Shown: positions 12,920-24,944 of the stretch, piece after piece
How positions within the stretch are numbered: the first letter of the stretch is position 1
Layout of the letters: every line of letters begins with the position of its first letter
NCBI GenBank assembly: GCA_965153455.1
Contig: OZ234493.1
Location: 186,001-250,000 of the forward strand
Source of the DNA: Sphagnum compactum
Lineage: Eukaryota
Direction of reading: 5' to 3'
Length of the DNA: 64,000 nt
Made by a program: the position numbers and the translations under genes
Notes under the pieces: generated by a model
Told to the model about the DNA's origin: nothing
Database searches by the model: none
Seen by the model: only the letters and a program-made list of their open reading frames with translations

Positions 12920-15429
12920 AATTTGTTCAACCTCTAGAATTGTGCCATCTTCATGTCACAGATCTTCATGCCTGCTTTGGGTCAGAGACTTCACCAAACC
13001 AACTAGCCAGTTAACAACATGGATCAAATTCTGCAAGGAATTCTACTCATAATAGATATATTGAAAATTTCAATATGTAAGTAAAGAAAGACCAACAGAA
13101 CATGATAATGGGGATGCTTGTATTTGATGCCCTTTTGTAAATATTTAATATCTAATATTTCCTCTCTACAATTGCTTTCCATATTGCTCCTGAACTGATG
13201 ATCATTTTCTAGGTGACCTCCGTGTTCTGACCCATTCAACAGGTCCCAAGAACAAATGCCGACCTGGACATTAATTATAAAAATGAGGATATCGTTCCAT
13301 GGTTCATCTCATCGACAGGTGAACTTATAAAACATGGGGGATCCACAAATTCCAGTGACTCAGTTGTATCGAATGAGAGTTGTAATGGACTGGTTTTATG
13401 ACTGTTCTGAGGGTTTGTATGTGTGTTCAGATTGATCATACTGGCTTCTTCCAAATTTGACATTGACGCAACAGCAACCTCTAAAAGAGCCCCAAGATGG
13501 AATTGCTCGCATTACATGTTTGTGAACATTGTTCAAGGAGTAGGCTGCTGACATTTGGTACAAAACTCTTCCCAACATCCATTTTTCCTTCCTCATGAAG
13601 ATTTAAATAATTCTACATATTTTAATTGCTAAAGTAAATTTTAATTGCAAAAATCTTAATAGCTTGAATATAAGTCCAGCATGAATAAAATGTTTTTTAA
13701 TGTATTTTTCAATTTTCCACTATAACTGAACTTCAAAGTATCATTCATCCACGCCAATTTATTACGGCATTCCCAACTATTGGTGGATGAAGTGGATGTA
13801 TACAAACCTAAAAGGCCATCTTTTTGTCACCAACTATTGTTATGTTTTTATTCTTGCTTTTTCTGTTTTTTAATACGAAATGTTCAACATTGAATTATTG
13901 AACATAAAAATGACAATTGTTTATATAACAATTAATTTTTTGTGTAAGACATTACACATTGAAATTGTTGAACCATGAAAATTACTAATAATAAGGTATT
14001 CGCTTGAATATAACACTAAATTGCCCTACATGACAAAAGTTGAAATATTCATTACTACTTGTAACTAGATTGTTGTAATGTCTAATTTTGTGTGATAAAA
14101 CAATGTAAAAATGATTTGAAGGTGTTTTTGGGGTGGGGAAAGGTGAGGAATTTGGTTTGTGTGTGCTCTGTGGCAAATAATTGAAGGAATGTTTGGCGTT
14201 ATAATGCAATGTAATGGAAAATTGTTTGGCATGTTTTTTTGAGAAATGGTCTTGTTTTCTGCTAATGACGTTGTTCTTGCATTAAGAAAAGAATAAGTTC
14301 TGTAGGATTGTTGAGGTTATTGTTACAATACATTATCTTTGTACTTCAATGTACCAAATAATTTATATATGAAGAAGTCAAGAACAAGACAAAAATACAA
14401 GAAAAAAAAAATATATGGAATTGTCAAAATGAAAAAATCAGCCATGAACATGAATTAGAAGATTATATTAGATTGATCAAGGTATATAATACAAAGAAAC
14501 TTTGAACAAAACCTAGACCCTCCTTACATGTGTTAAATTATGTTTTAACAATTCCCTTTGTTAAATATTGGCAATCATAAGCTTTATAGGACAATAACTA
14601 AATTTCATGTCTCCTTTAGGAATGTGTTCATGAACTCAATGAACCCTAAAAGAATCAACATCCCATGGAATATTTCTAAAAGATCATCAACATTTTAAAT
14701 TTTTTTGTTAAATAGACTTATTAGAAACTTTGGTCAATTAAGCCTTCTAGAAATATTTTTACAAAGTTTCATCAATTAAACCTTTTAGAAGCTTTTGTCA
14801 ACTAAACCCTCAAAAGGTTTCCATTAACTAATTTTTTTAAAGTCTCCATCAATTAATATTTTACAATTTTTTGCTAGTTAATTTTTTATAGTTTTTCACC
14901 AACTATATTTTCTATAAACTTTTATTAACTATCTTTTTGGAAGCTTTCATTAACTACATCTATTAAAAAGTTATAAGCATATAATCCTTGGACCTTTCTA
15001 AAAACTTTTTTTTTTCATTTGTTAAAGCTTCTTGTCTTGCTTAGACATGGAAATGTTCACAAGTTGACACTTCATGAATGCATTTTCATTCTCTTTTAAT
15101 GTAAATCAAGCCCAACAAACATACATGGTCTTAAGTGCATCATTTAATTTTGGGAAATTTTTTGGTTTTTTAAAATTTGTCAAGTGTAGATTTTAGACAA
15201 GAACATAAAACCCACCATGGCTCTTTGTTTTTATTTTTTCATCTTCGAGAGACTTGGGCAAGGTTTCAAAATTTTGGGGAAATTAATTTCACATGGTTTT
15301 GAAAGTGTCAATTCTCACACATTTCATACTAATTCATATTCAAAGGTAGTTTTCACATATCAATTATCAAAAGTTTTATTTTATCAACATGATTTTTTAA
15401 ATTAAAATATTTATGCAATAAAAGGTAAA

Positions 15430-16190
15430 AATAATAAAAAGTGAAAATAAAAATCTTCCAACATCTTATATGTCCACAACTTCATATCATTTAATGAACC
15501 TTCAAACTCCTTTAACTCCTCAAAATCTAAATCATTCTCTAGTAACTCCACCAAATTGGAAGGTGGTTTACAACCAATTCTAGGATCCTAAGCCAAATTT
15601 TGTGAACAAAAATTAACTTCTTTAAATTGTCCAATTATAAATGACATATCCTCAAGTTTATAAATGTGCATGTTAAAGAAAAAATTCTTTCAATCCTTAT
15701 TTGTGATCTTAAGATGCTTGGGATTTGGCTACCCAAAAAATTAATAGTAGAAAACATGGCTTCATGTTTTCCCCACCATTGAAAAGGACACTTTTTTCCT
15801 TGGGATTCACTTAGTAATGTTTAAAAATCAACAACCTTTTGGTGACAAGTTCTTTCATTGGCTCGCTTGTATTGGTAATCTATTAATAACTATCAAAGTT
15901 GGAATCTTTGTCAATTGTTTGCTTTGCACATCTACCTTCAAAATTTTCCATAGGATGCAAATGATGATAACACTTTAAAAGCATATGATATAAGAATCGT
16001 TTATCATATTCCTTAACAATATGCACACCTTTTTCACAACCAATAAAAGAAGATTTTATATAAAGGCTTTTAAACCTCAAGTCTAGCATGAAAGATGACA
16101 TGTTATGAATTTTTTTTAATATTTTTTATAGAATAAAATATCACAAACTTCCCTTTTGACATTGAAAGCAAACAAATAATTCAAGAAAAA
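15430..16190 (-). mobile_element. hAT-superfamily transposase C-terminal remnant (degraded)
   Basis: Minus-strand MLDLRFK (hAT LDPRFK-like) in ORF 15883-16101, followed by CPFQWWGKHEAMFSTINFLGSQIPSILRSQIRIERIF (~15690-15795), which resembles the hATC dimerisation domain. Boundaries approximate, no TIRs found. Confidence 0.75.
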
Positions 16191-16284
16191 CCCCAGAATT
16201 GATTTGGGTTGGTGGGTTTGTAACTTCTTCCTTGAATTTTAAACACATAGTAATGGTAAATTACAATGCATAATAAAGGAACTG

Positions 16285-16810
16285 TAATTTAACCACAAGA
16301 TCTAGCAACCTAGTTACTATCAAGTGAAAAAGGTTGCCAAGTAAATAAAGGAATTTTTTAAAAGATGAAAACATATGAGAATAGGACTTGTTTTATGTTT
16401 GTCTATTGTCTTGCAGCATTACCATCATGCTACACTTACCATCAAAGAAGAGCCAAAACACTTGCAAACTTGTTGAAGTTGTCACCTACAATTTACAACA
16501 CCTACAAACCTTTTATATTTGTTACCTACTATACGAAAGGCCTTCAAATCTCTTGTAGTTACTACCTACCATTTATAACACCTACAGACCTTTTATAGTT
16601 GATGCCTACCATGTACAACATCAATCTACAATGTGTAGCCCTTAAATCCAATGGCTATTTTCATGCTATTACCTTCAAATAGTAATTACCTTCCTACAAC
16701 AACCTACCTTCACCCTCCAATCACAAGTATAAAGAATATTCTCATTGCAGAAAAAAAACAAAATTAAAAACAAATATTCTACATCAAATAAGAAGGAACT
16801 ACTTTCCATA
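16285..16810 (+). repeat. Dispersed repeat copy A (inverted homolog of 30340-30855)
   Basis: gcccttaaatccaatggctattttcatgcta and aaccacaagatctagcaacctagttactatcaag match the reverse complement of segments near 30495-30525 and 30820-30855. Confidence 0.75.
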
Positions 16811-19007
16811 CCTTCTTCGAAATGGGGATTGTTATTTGGTGAACGTGTGAGTCCGAACATGAACCTTTGAGTAGGAGCTAAAAGGCATATTCCAATTATA
16901 TTCCATCCATGTTAACTAAAAATATTCCTTGACAGATTTTAATGACATGTCAAAATATACCTTGACCAAAATATATTCCTATCACATCAGCAATAATTCA
17001 CATGTCATCGTTGCCACATGGATTTGCCATGTGGACAATTGACAATAATGTCTTTGTTCAATTCAACATAAGTATAGAAATCTACCAAGGTTGGTGCACC
17101 ATGTGTTGAAGCAAAAACAAATTTGGCACCTTTATCAAAAATCATGCCCCTTGGTTTCAAACATGTTTTATGTGGTAGAATATTATTTGTCAATAGAAGC
17201 ATATTTTGCACTACCACATCATTTGTGGCCATTATCATCTTGGTTGTTATAATGGGAGACAAATTAAACATAGTTGTAACATGAACTTGTCAGCAAAACA
17301 CAAGTGGTCAGATATAATAATTATTTATATGATACAGAATTCTTTTGACAAAAGATATTTCAACCGTTTTAACAACATTATTGTGAAAAAACTATTCTAA
17401 AAACACATTGAAAAATTAATGCATAGTTTGTAGATGTATCCTATAAAGGGCTAGGTAATTAAAGGCATCACTATAGGAGTATATGAAAAGAATGCGAAAA
17501 ATTGACAAGTACACTATTATGAATATCTATTTGCAACTTAGGAATGCCACTTTCCATATAAAATCTAATTACCGTTGTTACACATGTTAAGATATTATTA
17601 TAATGCAATGCAAACCACATTCTAATTATTAAAGAGGTGGGTATTATCTATGAGTTTTCGTGCACACATTATCAATTGTTGTTTTGTGGTGTCATGAATT
17701 TTTTACACAATTTTTCCACTCTCAATTTTTTTGCTCCATTTTGAAAAAGACAACAAATGTGGCTTGTCGAACTTCTCAAGACTTAGACTCCCAAGCTTGA
17801 CATGGTGTGATTCTTGAACAGTCCACTAAGTCATCAAATCCTTGAAGCCATGGGCCATGCCCATGCCCCATTGCAATGTGCACAGTGCACATCATGAAAC
17901 CAAATCCTAATTAAAACCTTCATAACTATAGAATCTAGCGATCCCACCTTCGTACTTGAAAACAAGTAGCGAAAAAAAGATGATGACCATTGTAGACTTG
18001 GTGAAAGAAGAAAATGGTCAGCAATAGACGATGATATTGGATGGCTTGATGGAGCCATTTGATGGCTGGGACTGTTTTGGGCTCACCACGCATGGCGAGA
18101 GGGATTAGGGTTTGTAGGGTTTTGAGTGGGAACTACTTACTGCAATATGTAGCCTTTTGGCAATTTTGCCTCTTTTTTGGCCCTATTTTTTAGGCATAGA
18201 AATAGAAGGCACTTGGAAGAGACGACAAGTTTTGACAACACAAGCATACATATATCATTTTCAGTCACATATCATATCTTGGGCATCAAAGTATGAGCTG
18301 CATTTGTTTTTGGTTGCCCTAACAAACTATCCAAACCATAAAAAATTGACAAACATTGTCCAAACCAAAAACTCAATTGAAATTTGGCAAAAAAATTTCC
18401 TTCAATTTTTTTCTCAAAAAGGAGACAAATCCCCCCCCCACCCCCCTTTCATATCTTTGGGGTTATACTAAACCAATTGTTCTCCTTCAACAGCAATTAT
18501 TGTTGAAGGAGAACAATTGATGGGGATCAACACAAGATAGTCTGCAAGAGAGCTCACTTGGGTAGTCCATTGAGAGCTTCTAAGCTTCCAAATGTCAATT
18601 TCATGCAAAATACAGTTCATGCTTTGCTAGTCAGTCAAGATGATACCCAGATTTTGATCCCACTTGTTACTACCAGCAGGATTCTCTGGACCTGAATTCC
18701 CAGTGCCTGAACGATGTTTCGTACACAGATTCTCTGCAGAAACTTGACAGATATGTCACTATTGCTCTACAGCTGCCTGGATCTGCAGGTGATTGCCACC
18801 GGTTTCAAAAACTTGAAATGGTGACTTGCACTCTCCTGCAACATAATGGGGTTAACCATTAAGCTCTCCCCAAGAATCTTTGCAGAAGTGCAGGAACCTA
18901 TGAAGAGTTACTCGGTCAGTCCTGACTTCATGAGTGATTACAAAACCCATCAACAGTTGCCAATCCCTGGAAAGAAAACAGAAGCAACCTTTTTGACTGT
19001 AATCATA

Positions 19008-22000
19008 TCACCAAAAGTCACCACATGAACACAGCCCATTCTTGAAGTGATGGAAGCGACGACTATCCCTGGCAACAATTTCACGGCCAGTGACTTTGGA
19101 GATGAACTTGGTGAAGGTATGACAGTCTGTACAAACCCGAAGATTCTTAATGATACGGATTGGTGTTCCAGAGGGCATATTGATGATGCCAAAAGCAATA
19201 GCTAGCTTCTCACTGTGGTAACAGACTGCAATTTCCTTGAGCTTCTCATCTACATCATGCACAACAAAGCGAGTGTCTGGCACATACCCTGCTGTTTGTA
19301 TCAGCTTACCCAATCTGTCTAGCTCTGCATATATCTTCTCTGACTGTGGATGTGATCTGTCTTCTACCATGAATGAGTGAGTCTGATCTCCTAACTCGAT
19401 CCATGTGCGACCTGGCTCCTTTTTTACACCTCTATCTTTCATTGAATTTCTCACCTTTTCAACATCATCCCACAAGCCAGCTGCTGCATAAATGTTTGAA
19501 AGTTGCACATAAACTGCAGCATTTTGAGTTTCTGTTCTAAGAAGAATTTTTGCAGCATGGTCAGCTAGCTTGACGTTGCTGTGAATTCTGCAAGCTCCAA
19601 GAAAAGCTGCCCAAATTGAAGCATCTGCTTCAAATGGCATGTTCCGTATGAAACCCTCAGCTGCATTCAAGAGCCCTGCACGACCCAGAAGATCCACCAT
19701 GCATCCGTAATGCTCCACAGTTGGTATGATGGAATAGTCATGGCACATGGAATTGAACAATTGAAGGCCTTCATACACAAGCCCTGCATGGCTGCATGCA
19801 GAGAGAACACCCACAAATGTGGCGCTGTCTGGACTCAGCCCTTCCTGTTGCATCTGATCATAAAGTTGAAGAGCGTCCTCACCAAGCCCATGTTGAGCAT
19901 ATCCTGTGATCATGGCATTCCACGACACCACATCTCGCTCATGCATTTTGTCAAATACTTCTTGTGCATCCACAATACTGCCACACTTGGCATACATGTC
20001 AACAAGCGCATTTCCAACACAGATATCTGCCTGCAATCCAGCTTGGTTAATGATGGCATGCACCCGCTTGCCTGCTAATAAGGCTGCTGTACTCGCACAT
20101 AACTTGAGGATGCTAATGAAGGTGATTGTATTTGGAACAATTCCTTCTTGTTGCATTTGATTGAAGACACTAAAGGCTTCTTCACCACCACCATCCTTAG
20201 AAAACCCACCGATCATTGCAGTCCATGAAATGACATTTCGATTTGCCATACTGTCAAAGACTTGCTGTGCATCCTTCATGCTCCCGCACCTGGCATACAT
20301 GCTCACCAGGGCATTCCCCACACGAACATCAGACTCAAGACCGGCTTTGACGATGTGGGTATGGACCTCTCTGCCCTGGGCCAAAGCTGCTTTGTTGCTG
20401 CAGGCATTCAGAATGCTCAGATAAGTGATGCTATTGACAGTGATATTCTCCTGTTTCATTTGCTTAAAGATCCTAAAAGCCTCTTCAGAAGGACCATGCT
20501 CAGCATATCCACCAATGATCGTATTCCATGAGATTGCGTCACGGCTCGCCATGTTGTCAAACATTTGTCTTGCTTCCTTGATACTTCCGCACTTAACATA
20601 CATGTTGATAAGGGCATTTCCCACACGTATATCAGAATCAAATCCAGATTGGGCAATGAGTAGATGGAGCTGTCTACCCTGCTCCACGGCCGCTGGGCTG
20701 TGCACTGCAGATAGAATGCTAATGAAAGTGACACTATCTGCTTTTATACCCTCTTGTTTCATTTTATGAAAGGCTTGAAAAGACTGGTCACTGTTACCAA
20801 GCTCTGCATAACCACCAATCATTGTATTCCATGAGATCACATTTTTAGTCACCATTCTATCAAACAATTGTTGTGCATCCTTCAAACTCCCACACCTCAG
20901 ATACATCCCAACAAGGGCATTTACAACATTCACATCAGATCCAAATCCGGCTTCCACAACACTGGCATGAAGCTGCTTTCCTCCATTCAAGTCAGCAGGG
21001 CTGGAACATGCATTCAGAATGCTCAAGAAAGTGATCCCATCGGGTTTGACCTGTTGCTCTTGCATTTCATTGAAGACTGCAAAAGCCTCCTGGTAGTGGC
21101 CATGCTCAGTGTATCCTCGGATCATCACAGTCCATGAGATCACATCTCGAGTTGCCATTTTGTTAAACACTTCTCTTGCAGAAGTAATGCTTCCACACTT
21201 TGCATACATGCAAATAAGAGCATTTCCCACTCGTACATCTCTTGTATATCCAGCTTTGTTGACATGAGTATGAACTTGCTTGCCCAAGTCCAAGAACACT
21301 GGGCTCGAACATGCTTTGAGAATGCTCAAGAAGGTGACATCATTTGGTGTCTTGCCTTCTTTCAGCATTTGATGATATACATCAAAGGCCTCAGCATATT
21401 GACCATGATCTGCATACCCTACAATCATTGCATTCCATGAGACAACATCTTTGATATCCATGTTATCAAATACCTGCTGAGCCTCATCTAAACTCCCACA
21501 CCTGGCGTACATGCTGATAAGTGCATTCATCACACGAACATCTGAGTCAAATCCAGCTTTGACAATGTGCTCATGAATGTGCTTGCCAGAATTCAGAGCT
21601 GCTGGGCTGGAACATGCTTTAAGGATGCTCAAGCATGTGATCCTATCTGGCTTCACACTTTCTTGCATTTGACTGAAAATCTCCAACGCCTCCTCACCAC
21701 AACCATTCTCCACCAAACCTACAATCAATGCAGTCCACGAAACCACATCTCTCTTCTGCATTTTCTCAAAAACCTCACATGCATGCTTAATACTCCCACA
21801 TTTGGCATACATGTAAATGAGAGCATTCTCCAGAATAATATCTGTTGTGATTCCTGTTTGCAGTATGTCAGCATGAACCCTCTTGGCCTTTCCAAGAGCT
21901 CCTAGACTGGCACACACATTCACAACACTAGTGAAGGTCATCCTTTCAGGTGCAACCCCTTGCTGCTGCATCTGCTCATAAATTCTGAAAGCCTCATCTG

Positions 22001-22662
22001 CATGTCCATGTTTGGCATATCCTGTCAACATCATATTCCAAGTGAATGTATCTCGCCTGGACATGTTGTTGAATAATTGGCGTGCATCCACCAAATGAGC
22101 ACATTTGGTATACATATCTAAGAGAGTGTTGAGTATGTAAGTGTCTGATTTGAATCTAGTCTGCAAAATGTGGGCATGTATCTGCTGCCCTACAACCACA
22201 TCCTTCATATCAATGCATCTCCGTAGAAGACGGACATAAGTAGAGGAATCCACCGGACTCCTGCGCTGATGCAAAACATGTTGCACATCTTTGACTAGTC
22301 CTTCCCTACTCAATGCCCTGACACCATTTGAGTAGCTCTTATTCACACCCTCTGTTCCACCTCTTATTACAGTGGTCTGGAATGTAGAAGTGCTATGTTT
22401 AGCACCAGTTGAACTTTTCATGAAGACCTGTGTCCTGTTCCACAAGAAAAATGTGCCAAAATTAGGAAAACCTCAAAAAACAAAAGAATATTCAGAATAT
22501 CGAAAGAGTTCTCATCGATGCTCAAGATTCAAGTCCTCTACTTTGAAGAGAATGCTCCAGTGAAAGATATATGAAATCACACTCAGGAAGCACGACCTAC
22601 AGAATAGTGTCCATTGTGATCTTGGCTCGTTGCTTCACCATGTATGCAAGTGGTGAAGCCAT
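19008..22662 (-). CDS. PLS-class pentatricopeptide repeat protein with E1-E2-DYW deaminase domain (organellar C-to-U editing factor), ~1162 aa
   Basis: Uninterrupted ORF 19008-22445 with 26 P/L/S motifs, E1/E2, PG box PGRTWIE, HSEKLA and CTDC zinc ligands, terminal DFW. A pyrimidine tract and AG at 22435-22436 indicate an upstream exon; 22662-22601 (MASPLAYMVKQRAKITMDTIL, donor GTAGGT) splices in frame. The first exon is less certain than the rest. Confidence 0.93.
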
Positions 22663-24091
22663 CGCCAGATTGAGCTTGCACTTGTGGTAAGGCAGTTAAC
22701 TTGGCCTTCTTCTTCACCCATTTACTATATGTTGTGAATGACTCTCCATCATCCATAGGGCTTCTCCTTCTTTGCAATTATGTTTGAAGTCTGGAGAGTT
22801 TCTGCACCTGTCTGTATAGATGCTGTGCAGCTTATCAAATCATTGAACTTCAAGCAGGTGCTATGATTACAACCAAACTACAACCAAGTTGCCATCGTAA
22901 ACCCTAAACCCTAACCCTAAAACCCTAAAAGCAAGCAAGCAAGCAAGCAAGCATCTAGAATGCAAGCTCGTCCAGAGCAGAAGATGAAGCTTCAGGACAG
23001 GAGCGATGAATTCAGCGAGCACCACAGCAGAAGAGAACTTGTCTATTGAAGCTCCCCAAATAATGAATACACCAAGCACCTACTTCTCTAAGATCGAGGT
23101 CAAGAGCTTACAGGTGTGTCCCACAATCTGAACCCTAAACCCTGCCACAGCAACAGATCTTTGCGCGCTGCATGAGTGCCAGAAAACTAGCGACACCTTC
23201 ACCATTCACCATTCACCATTCACCATTCCTCAAGAGAATTGTGACATAAAGCACCTGAATGCAAAAAGCTTTTTTCAGAAATTGGAAACCCTAGGCTCTT
23301 GATGTAGGCAGCAGTAGATACTTTGGCTCTCTCTCTTATGTATAGGAGAAGGGCCTGTACTCAGGTCCTTTTCCTACGTAAAGGAGCGCTAGGATTTTTT
23401 CACCTTTTAGAAATAGTGACAGGGCTGGCTGGTACCTTCCGCTGGTCAGAAGATCCGAGTACGGGCTGTCTGGTACCTTCCACAGCAGAAGAAGATCCCG
23501 CTTGCTGAAAACAAGTTTCTTCAGGCAGGTAAGGGAGCTAAAAATACAAAGGAAAAAATCCAGGCAGTGCTTTATGTTTGCAATAGATAGGCATCGTACC
23601 TTACAACACTCCAGAACAAAGAGCAAAAGAACCCTAAAACCAGCATCAGGGGAAGAGTGTGTCTGTCCAGTGCACATTGAACTTGTTTTTTTTTCTCTTC
23701 TTCTTCAATGGCATCCAATATTTAGAAGAACTTCCAAAAGGGATCTAGTATCTTTAAAAAATGACCTCTAGAGGATGTGTCACACTGTGGCCTTTGCCAT
23801 TTACATTACAAAGTATCTGAAGGCAAAAGAAGAATTATGGAAACTCAAATATTTCACTATGCAAAAATATAATCTTCAAATACTCCTCTGAAAGAAACCA
23901 AAATCCTTCAAGATATTATAACTCTATTATAACTAATCTCAAGTTTCAACACAAGCCAAAATATCAGCTTTCAAAAATCCTCATATAAAAATAAAAAAAA
24001 CCTATTATTTATTACCTCGGGGCCCAAATCCCTTGTGCTACTATACTCTATAATGAATCTAAACACCACAATAGCCTTGCCTTGGTAGGCA

Positions 24092-24790
24092 AGGCCAACA
24101 AATGTCAGGTGAGCTCAAATTCATTTCTATTTGCATGTGGTTGTTCACACACATGGGGTTTATCCATTGTCCCATTGGACCCTAGGTCTAACTATTCATG
24201 CATATCTAACCCTAGGTCATTGAAATTTTTGCTAAGTCCAAACATACTAGGTTAAAAGTTTGGGCTTCATGTCAAAAGCCAAGGCTTGATGGAGAAAGCT
24301 TGGGCCTCATGTCAAAAGCTTGGACTTCATGTAGAAAGGTCCACCCCTATGTCCAAAGCCCAAGCCCAAAAAGGCCCAACCTTCAATTTATCGGCTTCAA
24401 TGAATAGGTTTTTGCAAAGAGATTTGATTTCTGATGAAAATTGTTCTTGTTTCTTTGAAAAAAATCTATTTAATGAAGTCGATAAATTAAAGGTCGGGCC
24501 TCTTGGACTTGGGCATGGGCTTTTGACATGGGGCTCAAACTCAAGCTTTTCACTGAGTTCAAGCTTTCTCCATCAAGCCCGGACTTTTGACATTGGGCCT
24601 AAGCTTCTTACATCAAGCTTAGGCTTTTGTTGTATGGGCATGTTTGGACATAGCAAAATTTCAATGATAGGGGGCTAAATATGCATGGACAATTAAACCT
24701 AAAGGTTTGGGAGAGCAATTGATAAAATCCCATGTGTGTGATCACATGTAAATATAAATAATTTTGAGTTCACTTAACATTTCTTTGGTT
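24092..24790. mobile_element. Foldback / MITE-like long inverted repeat (~330 bp arms)
   Basis: Left arm ~24092-24420 is the diverged reverse complement of right arm ~24450-24790, e.g. aaggcccaaccttcaatttatcggcttcaatgaatagg vs tctatttaatgaagtcgataaattaaaggtcgggcct. Confidence 0.8.
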
Positions 24791-24944
24791 TAATAGTCAT
24801 TTTTTTGGGGATATATTGAATTCTTATTGGAGGAACATGAATGGGCCAAGGCTTAGCACAAGCATGGCCTTTGTATTATTCCATAAACCTTAGATTGTAG
24901 GGACAACCAAACTTTTGGCATGTTTATAAGTGCATAAGGATTGT

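Noticed and set aside
13190..13600. Possible C/D snoRNA (TGATGA...CTGA) or pseudogene fragment after the SDR
   Set aside because: Boxes only ~35 nt apart, no recognisable guide, translations unrecognisable.
19710..21905. Several plus-strand ORFs of 80-120 aa
   Set aside because: Antisense shadows of the PPR coding sequence.
24286..24678. 130-aa ORF in the foldback
   Set aside because: Chance ORF across an inverted repeat with no known motif.
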